A stretch of 28,149 nt of DNA from assembly GCA_016937075.1 (NCBI GenBank), contig JAFGWQ010000178.1:1-28149 (forward strand). Direction: 5' to 3'. The notes under the pieces are model-generated. The model did not search any database. It was not told the origin of the DNA and saw nothing but the letters and a program-made list of their open reading frames with translations. The translations under genes were made by a program, and so were the position numbers. Positions within the stretch are counted from its first letter, which is position 1. The number at the start of each line of letters is the position of its first letter. Below are positions 8,149 through 16,928 of the stretch, piece by piece. Source of the DNA: Campylobacterales bacterium. GTDB taxonomy: Bacteria; Campylobacterota; Campylobacteria; Campylobacterales; Sulfurovaceae.

Positions 8149-9958
8149 CTCTTATCCTTGCTTTTATAGTGGGTATCATGGCTGGTGTTACTCCGAGTGT
8201 ATCTATCCCTATTTGCACCAATTTCTCTATAGCATCACAATTACTAGCTATTTCTCCGCAGGTACTTACAGGTTTTGTAGCTCTATCTTGTATATATCTA
8301 ATGGCATCATAGAGTACACTTGAATGCGGGTCTATACTCAGCGTTGCATGGGTTCTGTCTATTGCAAACAGATATTGAGTGAGATCATTCGTACCTATGG
8401 AATAAAAGTCGACGACTTTATTGAACTCTTCTATCAAAAACAACACCGAAGGAACTTCTACCATGATACCGAACAATACGCCATCCAGGGACACGGAATG
8501 CTTGGACGCTAGCGCATGGGCTACACCTTTGGCATAGTTGAACTCTTCAACGGTTGCTACCATAGGGAACATGATCTTAAGTTCTCCATTTTGCTTGGCT
8601 TTCAAAATGGCTAATAGTTGTTCTTCCATTAATTCCAAGTGTGTTTCAAAAAGACGTATGCCTCGTACTCCAAGGAACGGGTTTGTTTCGCGCGGAAGCG
8701 TCAAATATGGCAGATTTTTATCTCCTCCCACATCCAAAGTACGTACAGTTACCTCATCAAAAAGAGAAAATATAGATTTATAAGCCTCAACCTGCTTATC
8801 AAATGTCGGCTTAGTTTCGCGAAATAAAAACTCAGTCCTAAGCAACCCAACACCCTCGCATCCAGCTTCTTTGGCTTCCATGGCGGAATCAACATCAGTG
8901 ATATTTGCCAATACTTTAATATGTTTACCGCTTTTAGTGATAGCCGGTTCAAATCTTTTTTCATTTACCGATGTGGAGTTTGATAGTTCAGCAGATATGG
9001 CATTATTTGCACTATCCAAATCACTTTTTGTAGGAACTGTTACCAGCAAACCTTGTGAAGCGTCTAATATCATAACACTATCTACAGGTTTCAAAGAATC
9101 TATGTCCAAACTAATAGCAGGTATCTTATAACTTCTAAGCAGCAATGCAGCATGAGCTCTTGGAGGCAGTTCTCTTACGATTACACCTTGAATATTCTCT
9201 TTTATTAGAGTCGGTATATCGCTAGGAAGCAATTCATCAGCAATTAACAAAAATGGGGTCTTTGGAAATGCTAGCGATTTTGCGCCTTTCGTAAGTTTGG
9301 CAACTCTTCTTTGGATGTCTTGATAATCTGCGATTTTGGCTTGATTGGCAGTATCTTTTAAAGATGTTATAGCTTCATCTATACTTGTTATGAACTCTTG
9401 ATGTGAAGCATGCGGGAGTGATTCCAATATAGCTTTTTGGGCTATAAATATATCATTATCCTTGGCTAACGATTCAAGCTCTTCTGTGGCAAGTTTGTAT
9501 GCCTTCTCAAAAGAGATGCCAGATTCTTCATTATGAGAATTTCGTGCTTCATAAAAATACGGCATGCCGACAGCTATACCAGTTGATACACTAACACCTT
9601 GCAACGCGGAGCCTTCATAATTTGTTTTTTGTAAGTCTTGTGTCAATTCCAAGTTTGCCTCTTCGGCACACAAAGTCAACAAAAAATCCTGTAATGCTTT
9701 TATGGCTTCTGGTGAATCTTTACCGCTAGCTTTTAGGGTTACATGATCTCCATTTTGCAACCCTAGAGCCAACACTGCATTCATATTTTTAACATCTACT
9801 TGTTTGCCGCCTGCGCTCAACATAATTTGACAAGAATATTTTTTGGCAATGCCTGCCATAATAGCGCTAGGTCTTAAATGTACACCGTGAGGTGCATTTA
9901 ATCTTATGACAATGTGATGAGTTTTTGTAAATAGTTTAAATATTGACTTCATAGGCAA
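8141..9958 (-). CDS. Multiphosphoryl transfer protein: HPr fused to Enzyme I (PEP-protein phosphotransferase)
   Basis: HPr motif GVHLRPS; EI motifs GVSVSTGIAVG, AHAALLLRS (phospho-His), GLLRTEFLF, RTLDVGGDK, NPFLGVRGIR, SIGTNDLTQY, CGE. Start is TTG 9958 or ATG 9952. Confidence 0.9.
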   Translation of the reverse strand: MPMKSIFKLFTKTHHIVIRLNAPHGVHLRPSAIMAGIAKKYSCQIMLSAGGKQVDVKNMNAVLALGLQNGDHVTLKASGKDSPEAIKALQDFLLTLCAEEANLELTQDLQKTNYEGSALQGVSVSTGIAVGMPYFYEARNSHNEESGISFEKAYKLATEELESLAKDNDIFIAQKAILESLPHASHQEFITSIDEAITSLKDTANQAKIADYQDIQRRVAKLTKGAKSLAFPKTPFLLIADELLPSDIPTLIKENIQGVIVRELPPRAHAALLLRSYKIPAISLDIDSLKPVDSVMILDASQGLLVTVPTKSDLDSANNAISAELSNSTSVNEKRFEPAITKSGKHIKVLANITDVDSAMEAKEAGCEGVGLLRTEFLFRETKPTFDKQVEAYKSIFSLFDEVTVRTLDVGGDKNLPYLTLPRETNPFLGVRGIRLFETHLELMEEQLLAILKAKQNGELKIMFPMVATVEEFNYAKGVAHALASKHSVSLDGVLFGIMVEVPSVLFLIEEFNKVVDFYSIGTNDLTQYLFAIDRTHATLSIDPHSSVLYDAIRYIQDRATKPVSTCGEIASNCDAIEKLVQIGIDTLGVTPAMIPTIKARIRDV

Positions 9959-9999
9959 CTTTGTATATAGAGATAGGTGAGATTATACCAAAAAAGCTA

Positions 10000-10890
10000 T
10001 TATTTGATAATGCGTGAAATTATGCCTTTGTTGTCGTTTATATTCATGATATTATCCGGATTTGTCATTGATGCAAGGATGCTTACATAACGGCTTGCAT
10101 TTGCTTTGTCAGGCACTATCCATGCAAATTTTTTGCCTGAATCTTCGATATCCCGGACAATCTGATTGATCGCATTTTCATCGGGTGAATCTATTTCATT
10201 CGAGCCCAAAGAGACCAATACCAGATCGGGCTTTAATTGATCTATCAAAAATACTAGATTTTGCTCCGCCCAATATTGGGAAATAGAATCATCTTTATAT
10301 TTCGATATAAGATCGACATGGTGCTTTGCAAACAGCTTTTTATATCTCTTATGCGCTTTATTGACTGTATCATCGCCTATAAGAAGCACCTTGTATCGTT
10401 TTTTTGTATTTTTGGCTATTTTTTTTGCGCTGTTTGCCCTAACAGAGGGCTTACTATCCATATGCAGCGCTTGAGCGTAAAAAGAACTGTTTTGATATTT
10501 TTTCAGCACTTTCATAAAATAGTCATTATTGCTTATCCTGCCGTTATAACAATTGATAGCGGCGTAACTGTAGCCGTGCTTGTTGATACATCGCTTTAAT
10601 ATTCTGCTGCCGACATAAATGTTGATCTGGGGGTCAAAGAGATCATCCCTGCTGATATTCTGCCTTCTTAATTCAGGCATATGCACGGTATTTATCTGCA
10701 TGATCCCGATATCTTGGGTACCGTTTTTATTGTTGCCGACAGCCATAGGATTCAACGAAGATTCAGTCTTTGCTATTGCATACAGCAATGCCGGATTGAT
10801 TCCAAATTTGCGTCCCGCATCATCGAACAACCCGTCATAATTTGCCGCCAAAAAAGTAAACGATATCGCCAATACTGCCAAAAACCTCAT
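10000..10890 (-). CDS. Secretion-system-type lytic transglycosylase (SLT domain) fused to a degenerate SGNH/GDSL-fold domain
   Basis: Signal peptide from ATG 10890 (ATGA overlap with pilD stop, GGAG RBS); AIAKTESS catalytic Glu, GIMQIN, AINCYN; C-terminal VLLIGDD and PDLVLVSLGSNE blocks. Confidence 0.85.
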   Translation of the reverse strand: MRFLAVLAISFTFLAANYDGLFDDAGRKFGINPALLYAIAKTESSLNPMAVGNNKNGTQDIGIMQINTVHMPELRRQNISRDDLFDPQINIYVGSRILKRCINKHGYSYAAINCYNGRISNNDYFMKVLKKYQNSSFYAQALHMDSKPSVRANSAKKIAKNTKKRYKVLLIGDDTVNKAHKRYKKLFAKHHVDLISKYKDDSISQYWAEQNLVFLIDQLKPDLVLVSLGSNEIDSPDENAINQIVRDIEDSGKKFAWIVPDKANASRYVSILASMTNPDNIMNINDNKGIISRIIK

Positions 10891-11618
10891 AACAACTCCG
10901 ACATTCTCCAAAACAACCCTGCATATTCATCAGCCATATAGACCGCAAAAACCCCGAGAAACAAAAAAGGCACGAACGGGACCTGCCTGTTTTGGTGGCG
11001 GGTAAAATACACAAAAGGGATAGCTATCAATGCTGCCGCAAAAAGTGCAACGATCGCCGGCTTGATACCCAAAATAGCTGCCATGGCGCCTCCAATGATT
11101 ATATCTCCTTCTCCCATTGCCTCTTTTTTTGTCGCAAAAGAGACATAAAAACGAAGCATTGACATCCCGCCCATGAACAAAAGGGCATTTTGAAAGGTTA
11201 CTAGGGGGCTATCTGCAAAAAAAGAGGCGCTTAGCAGCGTCAAACTGACGCTGTCATGGATCTCATGATGATGATAATCCATTACCGATAATGCCAAAAA
11301 CAGCGAGAAAACAACACCGAGCCACAAAGAGTGCAGGCTATATCCGCTCTTTAAAAATACAGATACAAAAATAACCATAGTTGCCAACTCCACCAAAGGA
11401 TACTGAATGGATACAGGCTCATTGCAGCATGCGCTTTTGCCCCTTAGGAGCAGCCATGAAACTACAGGTATATTATGATACCACGCTATAGGCGTTTTGC
11501 ACGATTGGCATGAAGACCTTGGGCTAATGATAGACAAGCCCAAAGGCACACGATAGATAACAACATTTAAAAATGAACCTACAAACAGGCCAAAAAGCGA
11601 AACTATGATAAATTCCAT
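10887..11618 (-). CDS. pilD: Prepilin peptidase / N-methyltransferase (A24 family)
   Basis: GSFLNVVIYRVP, Cys motifs CQSC and ACC, catalytic Asp in VMDY and MGEGD, VPFVPFL. Confidence 0.93.
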   Translation of the reverse strand: MEFIIVSLFGLFVGSFLNVVIYRVPLGLSIISPRSSCQSCKTPIAWYHNIPVVSWLLLRGKSACCNEPVSIQYPLVELATMVIFVSVFLKSGYSLHSLWLGVVFSLFLALSVMDYHHHEIHDSVSLTLLSASFFADSPLVTFQNALLFMGGMSMLRFYVSFATKKEAMGEGDIIIGGAMAAILGIKPAIVALFAAALIAIPFVYFTRHQNRQVPFVPFLFLGVFAVYMADEYAGLFWRMSELL

Positions 11619-11627
11619 TTTAATCCT

Positions 11628-12695
11628 TCATTGTGATATTTGCTGCATGAACTCGATGGGGTTATTGGAGTGCTTCAAAGCATTTTGCATCGTGATCATC
11701 TTGTTTTGATAATATTTCGCCATCTCTCTTATCTGCGTTTGCATCCCTGTCGTCGCATAATTGAGCTCCATTTGGGAATATATCTGGTGAACCTTGTCAG
11801 TACGGATAAGGTTTGCTATGGCGTTATTATTGATCATTATCTCAGAGATCGCCAAACGGCCTCCGTCTATTTTGGGCACAAGCACCTGAGAAATCACAGC
11901 AACCAGTGAGATCGCAAGCTGCGCTCTTATCTGGTCTTGCTCATCTCCGCTAAAAACATCGATTATACGGTTGATAGTCCCCGGTGCAGAATTGGTATGA
12001 AGCGTCGCGAAGACCATATGCCCGGTTTCAGCAGCCGTCAAGGCAGCCGATATCGTCTCTTTGTCTCTCATCTCTCCAATCAATATCACATCCGGATCTT
12101 GACGCAAAGAGTACTTCAGCGCCGTTGCAAAAGAAACCGTATCGCTGCCGACTTCTCTAAATGTAAAAACTGATTTTTTTCTGCCGTGTACAAACTCTAT
12201 AGGGTCTTCTATGGTGATGATATGCTTGCTTTCTGTTGTGTTGATCTCATTGAGCATGGCAGCAAGCGTGGTCGACTTGCCGCTTCCGGTAGGCCCGGTT
12301 ACGAGTATGAGCCCTTTACCTCTTTTGACCAATTCCTTGTATATTGTCGGGGCGCCCAACTCATCAAGTGACGGAACATATGACGGAACTACCCTGAAGG
12401 CTGCTGCTATATTTCCAAAACTCCTGCAATAATTCACACGAAAACGTCCGACATCTTTGATGTCGATAGCAAAATCGAGCTCACCGCTCTCTTCGAAAAC
12501 CTTTTTCTGTTTACCGGTAATAATGGAATAACAAAGTTTTTGTACCGTATCGGCATCCAATTCCATCACATCTAGAGCTTTAAGCTCGCCGTCTATGCGT
12601 ATGAGAGGTTCATACCCCACTACAAGATGCAGATCCGATGACCCGCAAGCGATCAAAGCCTTCAATAATGTCTTTATATCTATTTCATAATTCAT
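11628..12695 (-). CDS. pilT: Type IV pilus retraction ATPase PilT
   Basis: SDLHL, GPTGSGKSTT, TIEDPIEF, LRQDPDVILIGEMRD, TLHTNSA, AIANLIR (AIRNLIRE motif). Start reassigned to ATG 12695. Confidence 0.92.
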   Translation of the reverse strand: MNYEIDIKTLLKALIACGSSDLHLVVGYEPLIRIDGELKALDVMELDADTVQKLCYSIITGKQKKVFEESGELDFAIDIKDVGRFRVNYCRSFGNIAAAFRVVPSYVPSLDELGAPTIYKELVKRGKGLILVTGPTGSGKSTTLAAMLNEINTTESKHIITIEDPIEFVHGRKKSVFTFREVGSDTVSFATALKYSLRQDPDVILIGEMRDKETISAALTAAETGHMVFATLHTNSAPGTINRIIDVFSGDEQDQIRAQLAISLVAVISQVLVPKIDGGRLAISEIMINNNAIANLIRTDKVHQIYSQMELNYATTGMQTQIREMAKYYQNKMITMQNALKHSNNPIEFMQQISQ

Positions 12696-12718
12696 AATTA
12701 TCCCACCCATATTTATTT

Positions 12719-13804
12719 TTACCCGCCGGTAGCAGACCACAATGAAACCATACCTAGTATCAAACTCGCAGCTACTACTCCCACGACAAGCCCTATCAAC
12801 AAGGTCATGATGGGCGTTATCGCCTGCTCAAGGATAAATATCCTCTGGTTTGTCTCTTCTTCGTAAATATTCATAAGCTGCACGAGAGCATCTTCTAGGT
12901 TTCCGCTCTCCTCGCCTGCTTGGAGGATATCCGCATATATCAACGGTACAAATTTCGCCTCTTGAAACGGCACGGAGAAATTGCCTCCCGAGATGATGAC
13001 CTCCTTGACATTTTCCAGCACTTTTTTAAAGGGCATTAGATTGATACCCTCCATTGAGATCTCCAAGCTCTCCACCAAGCCCACTCCGCTTCCTATGAGC
13101 TTGGACATCGTATTTGAAAAATTTGTCAGAGCGCTATAGAGCATTATCGAGCCGACAAGAGGCGTGTATATCAATACATAATCCAGATAATAACGCACCT
13201 GCTTGGATGCTTTGTATATCACTATCAAACTGACAAATACAGCGGCACTGTACGTTGCTATATTTTTCCAATTATCCAAGAGGTATGTGGATATATCCAG
13301 CACCATTTGTGTCAATGCCGGCAGCTCGGCTCCCATCGAGGACAAAAATCCTGAAAATGCAGGAATAACCTTGATAGCCATAAAAAAGACAACCCCCACA
13401 GCAAACAGCAATGTCACTATCGGCATCGTCATGGCTCCCCTGATCTTGCGTTTGAACTTGGCTTTTTTTTCAAGGTTATGATGGACTTCTTTGAAAATTT
13501 CAGGCAAATTACCGCTTTTTTCTCCTGCGCCTATCATGGAAAGTGTCATTTTGTCGAAAAACACCGGATAATAACGCCCGATCTTTGAAAAATCGTTACC
13601 CTGCTCTATGAGCGCAACCGCATCTTTGAGCAATAGCTTGATATTGCCCCGCGATGAGCGCTGGATCATCTTGACCGCTTTGAGTACCGGGACACCCGCC
13701 CCCATCAATATCCCCATGAGCCTAAAAAAATTATTTTTTTGTTTTTGCGGGACTTTGCGGATATGGTTCCTATAAAAATGTTCTGCGCCTTTTGCTTTCA
13801 TCAC
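12719..13804 (-). CDS. pilC: Type IV pilus / T2SS inner-membrane platform protein (PilC/GspF)
   Basis: Two T2SSF repeats (GAGEKSGNL, AGEESGNL) and three TMs. Start GTG 13804 or ATG 13801 behind a GAGG RBS, just after the pilB stop. Confidence 0.9.
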   Translation of the reverse strand: MMKAKGAEHFYRNHIRKVPQKQKNNFFRLMGILMGAGVPVLKAVKMIQRSSRGNIKLLLKDAVALIEQGNDFSKIGRYYPVFFDKMTLSMIGAGEKSGNLPEIFKEVHHNLEKKAKFKRKIRGAMTMPIVTLLFAVGVVFFMAIKVIPAFSGFLSSMGAELPALTQMVLDISTYLLDNWKNIATYSAAVFVSLIVIYKASKQVRYYLDYVLIYTPLVGSIMLYSALTNFSNTMSKLIGSGVGLVESLEISMEGINLMPFKKVLENVKEVIISGGNFSVPFQEAKFVPLIYADILQAGEESGNLEDALVQLMNIYEEETNQRIFILEQAITPIMTLLIGLVVGVVAASLILGMVSLWSATGG

Positions 13805-13811
13805 TGCCTCT

Positions 13812-15611
13812 CTAATCAGCCACAACTTTTCTGAGTTCATCGACAGATGTGATGCCCTCGAGGACTTTTGCCCTGGTTTCCATATAAATGGTTGACATCC
13901 CCAGCTCGGAAACTGCATAGGATTTGATCTCTATGTCGCTCCTGCGTTCATTGATCATTCTTTGTATATGCGCATCGATTATCAAGAGTTCATATACGCC
14001 GATCCGCGAGGCGTATCCGGTGTTGTTGCACTTAAAACACCCTTTGTGGCGGTATATCGTTTGAGGCTCATCCAATTTGAGCAGCGACATATCAGCCTGT
14101 GAAGTTTCATACGCCTCTTTGCAGTGCGGGCACAAAACACGCACCAGCCTTTGAGCCAAAACAGCAGCGACTGAAGAAGAGACCAAAAACGGCTCTATCC
14201 CCATATCTACAAGCCTCGTCACAGAACTTGGGGCGTCATTAGTATGGATGGTAGAATAGACCAAATGCCCCGTCAATGAAGCTCTGAGCGCGATCTCTGC
14301 CGTCTCTTTGTCGCGGATCTCGCCTATCATGATCACATCAGGGTCTTGGCGCAATATAGTCCTGAGCGCATCCGCAAATGAGACCTTGTATGGGTCTATT
14401 TGGACTTGATTGACCCCGGATATTTTCGCCTCTACCGGGTCTTCTACGGTCGTGATGTTGATCTCGTCGGATTTGATCTCTTCTATGGCCGCTTGCAAAG
14501 TGGTCGATTTACCGCTCCCGGTAGGCCCAGAGACCAAGATTATCCCGTGCGGTTTTTTGATGACTTTCCTCCATTTTTCCAGCAGCTCTCCGCTCATGCC
14601 TAAACTGCTGAGCTTTATCGTCACATCCTGTCCGCCAAGACGTCTTAATACGATCTTTTCTCCGTAAATGACAGGCATGACCGAGACGCGAAACGGTACA
14701 TCTTTTCTCTCTTGCGCTTCATCTAAGTATGTGTACACCATTTCGCTGCTGTGCGTATCTGATTTTTCTTCTGCATCATTGCTTGCTGATTGTTTATTTT
14801 GAGAATTAAAAGAGGAAAAAAAATTTGCTGCTTTCAGGGATGTGTTCGTGTCTTCCTCGGCTTTTTCATTGTACGAATAGACCAAAGCGCCGTCTTGCGT
14901 ATCTCTTTTTTCGGCGATATTAAGGTTGGAGATCAGCTTGATGCGAGAACTGAAAGAAGGAAAAAAATTCTTGCCATATTCACCGAAAACCTGTAAAACC
15001 CCGTTAAACCTCATCCGTATCCTGAAATTGTGTTTTTGCGGTTCTATATGGATATCTGATGCTCCTATAGAAATGCATTTCCTTATCACTTCTTCGGCGA
15101 ACTTGATTGCCCTAATATTCTCAGGGATCTTTGCTAAGTCCTTATCGCTGCTTAGGGAAAAGTTTCTTCTCATCTCCATGCCGTTTTGCAGCACATCCGA
15201 CATCCGGGCAAACGCTTCGCGATCAACCGCTATCTTCTCTATCTCTCGTCCTAACTCGCTTGAAAGCTCTTCCCATGTCGCTGCAAATACCGGCGAATCG
15301 AAATATATTCTGGCATTTGCCTCATCGACGATATCTGCGATCACACGGTATTTCTCAAACAACTCATCTGTTATTACCGTATATTCGGAAACAAAAACCG
15401 CTTCATTGGCTTCTTTGGCTTCAAACTTTTGAGCCAAAAAAGCTGCCATGAACTCTTTGGATGCGATACCGTTTTTGTAGATGATATCCCACATGGGAAT
15501 TTTGCTTGATGTCTGTTCTTTGATGATGGAGGCACGGCCTTTGTTGTTGATGACGCCTGATTGCTCCAATTCTCTTAGGAGTGTCGCTTCAAAGTCTCTT
15601 ATATTTCTCAT
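13812..15611 (-). CDS. pilB: Type IV pilus extension ATPase (PilB/GspE family)
   Basis: ASDIHIEP, GPTGSGKSTT, TVEDPVE, LRQDPDVIMIGEIRD, STIHTND, Zn tetracysteine CPHC...CFKC. Confidence 0.93.
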   Translation of the reverse strand: MRNIRDFEATLLRELEQSGVINNKGRASIIKEQTSSKIPMWDIIYKNGIASKEFMAAFLAQKFEAKEANEAVFVSEYTVITDELFEKYRVIADIVDEANARIYFDSPVFAATWEELSSELGREIEKIAVDREAFARMSDVLQNGMEMRRNFSLSSDKDLAKIPENIRAIKFAEEVIRKCISIGASDIHIEPQKHNFRIRMRFNGVLQVFGEYGKNFFPSFSSRIKLISNLNIAEKRDTQDGALVYSYNEKAEEDTNTSLKAANFFSSFNSQNKQSASNDAEEKSDTHSSEMVYTYLDEAQERKDVPFRVSVMPVIYGEKIVLRRLGGQDVTIKLSSLGMSGELLEKWRKVIKKPHGIILVSGPTGSGKSTTLQAAIEEIKSDEINITTVEDPVEAKISGVNQVQIDPYKVSFADALRTILRQDPDVIMIGEIRDKETAEIALRASLTGHLVYSTIHTNDAPSSVTRLVDMGIEPFLVSSSVAAVLAQRLVRVLCPHCKEAYETSQADMSLLKLDEPQTIYRHKGCFKCNNTGYASRIGVYELLIIDAHIQRMINERRSDIEIKSYAVSELGMSTIYMETRAKVLEGITSVDELRKVVAD

Positions 15612-15626
15612 TTTTCTTCTTTTTGA

Positions 15627-16928
15627 TTATTGTATGATCACATTCTGGTTTGGCAAGAACATCATCGAGCGGCTGTCCAACAACTCCCATGCGCCTGCTT
15701 TTTTCTGCATGATAACCACCTGCTTTTCTCCCGCAGTAATATAAAAAGGGTTTGCGGCATCATCTGTATTTCTATCATGCGTAACGACTGTCTGTGTATT
15801 TGTGCTTATGCGTATATCTTTTATAAAAGTCGTTATGCCAAGCTGAGTGCCTTCGGCGCTATCGTGAAAATCATACGCGGTGTTATTGATAGTAAGCGTA
15901 TCATTCGCAGCTGTTGCCAGGTCTATATCAAATGCATATTTGACCGCCCCCGCATGCCACCCTGTCGTGCTTTGCATGGCATCTGACAAACTAAATCCGC
16001 TTGCATATGTCAAAAACGGTTTATACGCTATATCAGTCCCGCCGCAATCTGCATTAATAGTATTTTTTTCTATGCAATTTGACGTAGTATTTGGTACATA
16101 ATAAAGCATCGGAGAGTAGATGATGACCCTCACAGCAGTGATATCGGCACTGTTTTCAAGCACGAGATCTATAGATAGCGATCTTGGCATAAAATTATTT
16201 TTCGCATACTCCACGCCGATATCATCCGCATATAGCGCTTTGACGGATTTTGTATCGGTTGCAAATTCATTAAATTCAGGTTTGAGATGCGGTATCGCCG
16301 CGCTTGTTTGCTTATCGCTTCCGTACGATATCAGTTTCACATACGGTGTCGGCGGAGTAGTATCCGCGATATTGAGTTCGTAAACTGCCTCGATGGGCGT
16401 ATTCCACCCGTCTTTGAGTGTTTTATTTAAATTGCTGCTTGCGGCGAGATAGGAGTCATGGAATCCTACATACAAAGCGCCGTGTTTGCCGTCAATTACA
16501 CTCATGCCCTCTGCGGGGTCGATATACTTGCCTGACACCGTTGTGTTGTCCGTCAGAAACGGCATCGGCACTTTGAATGTATTTGCAACACTATAGAGAT
16601 CTGCTATACGGTATTTGCCGAGTGTCTTTGCTTCTCCTGACGCGCCGGTATTAATAAAATAGTTTGCATTTTCACGATCAAGCATAAAATGCAGGTTCGG
16701 CGGCAGCGTTCCGAAATCATTCAAAAAGCCGCTCAAGTCTCCGCTGCTCTCTTGTGCTATAATCCCGTCTTTGATATTTTGCATTGTTTTTACCGTTAGC
16801 TGTTTGGCCTGTATGTTTCCTGCATCCTTAAGCCCGCTGAGCACCAATGTCGAAAGCATCCCTATGATCGCAATGACTATCAATAACTCTATGAGTGTAA
16901 ACGCCTTTCTTGCTGCTGTAAACATCAT
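15627..16928 (-). CDS. Large type IV pilin-like protein (GspG-like core plus ~200-aa C-terminal domain)
   Basis: Class III signal RKA|FTLIELLIVIAIIG; NDFGTLP, DGWNTPI, LISYGSDK motifs; one Cys pair. Confidence 0.85.
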   Translation of the reverse strand: MMFTAARKAFTLIELLIVIAIIGMLSTLVLSGLKDAGNIQAKQLTVKTMQNIKDGIIAQESSGDLSGFLNDFGTLPPNLHFMLDRENANYFINTGASGEAKTLGKYRIADLYSVANTFKVPMPFLTDNTTVSGKYIDPAEGMSVIDGKHGALYVGFHDSYLAASSNLNKTLKDGWNTPIEAVYELNIADTTPPTPYVKLISYGSDKQTSAAIPHLKPEFNEFATDTKSVKALYADDIGVEYAKNNFMPRSLSIDLVLENSADITAVRVIIYSPMLYYVPNTTSNCIEKNTINADCGGTDIAYKPFLTYASGFSLSDAMQSTTGWHAGAVKYAFDIDLATAANDTLTINNTAYDFHDSAEGTQLGITTFIKDIRISTNTQTVVTHDRNTDDAANPFYITAGEKQVVIMQKKAGAWELLDSRSMMFLPNQNVIIQ

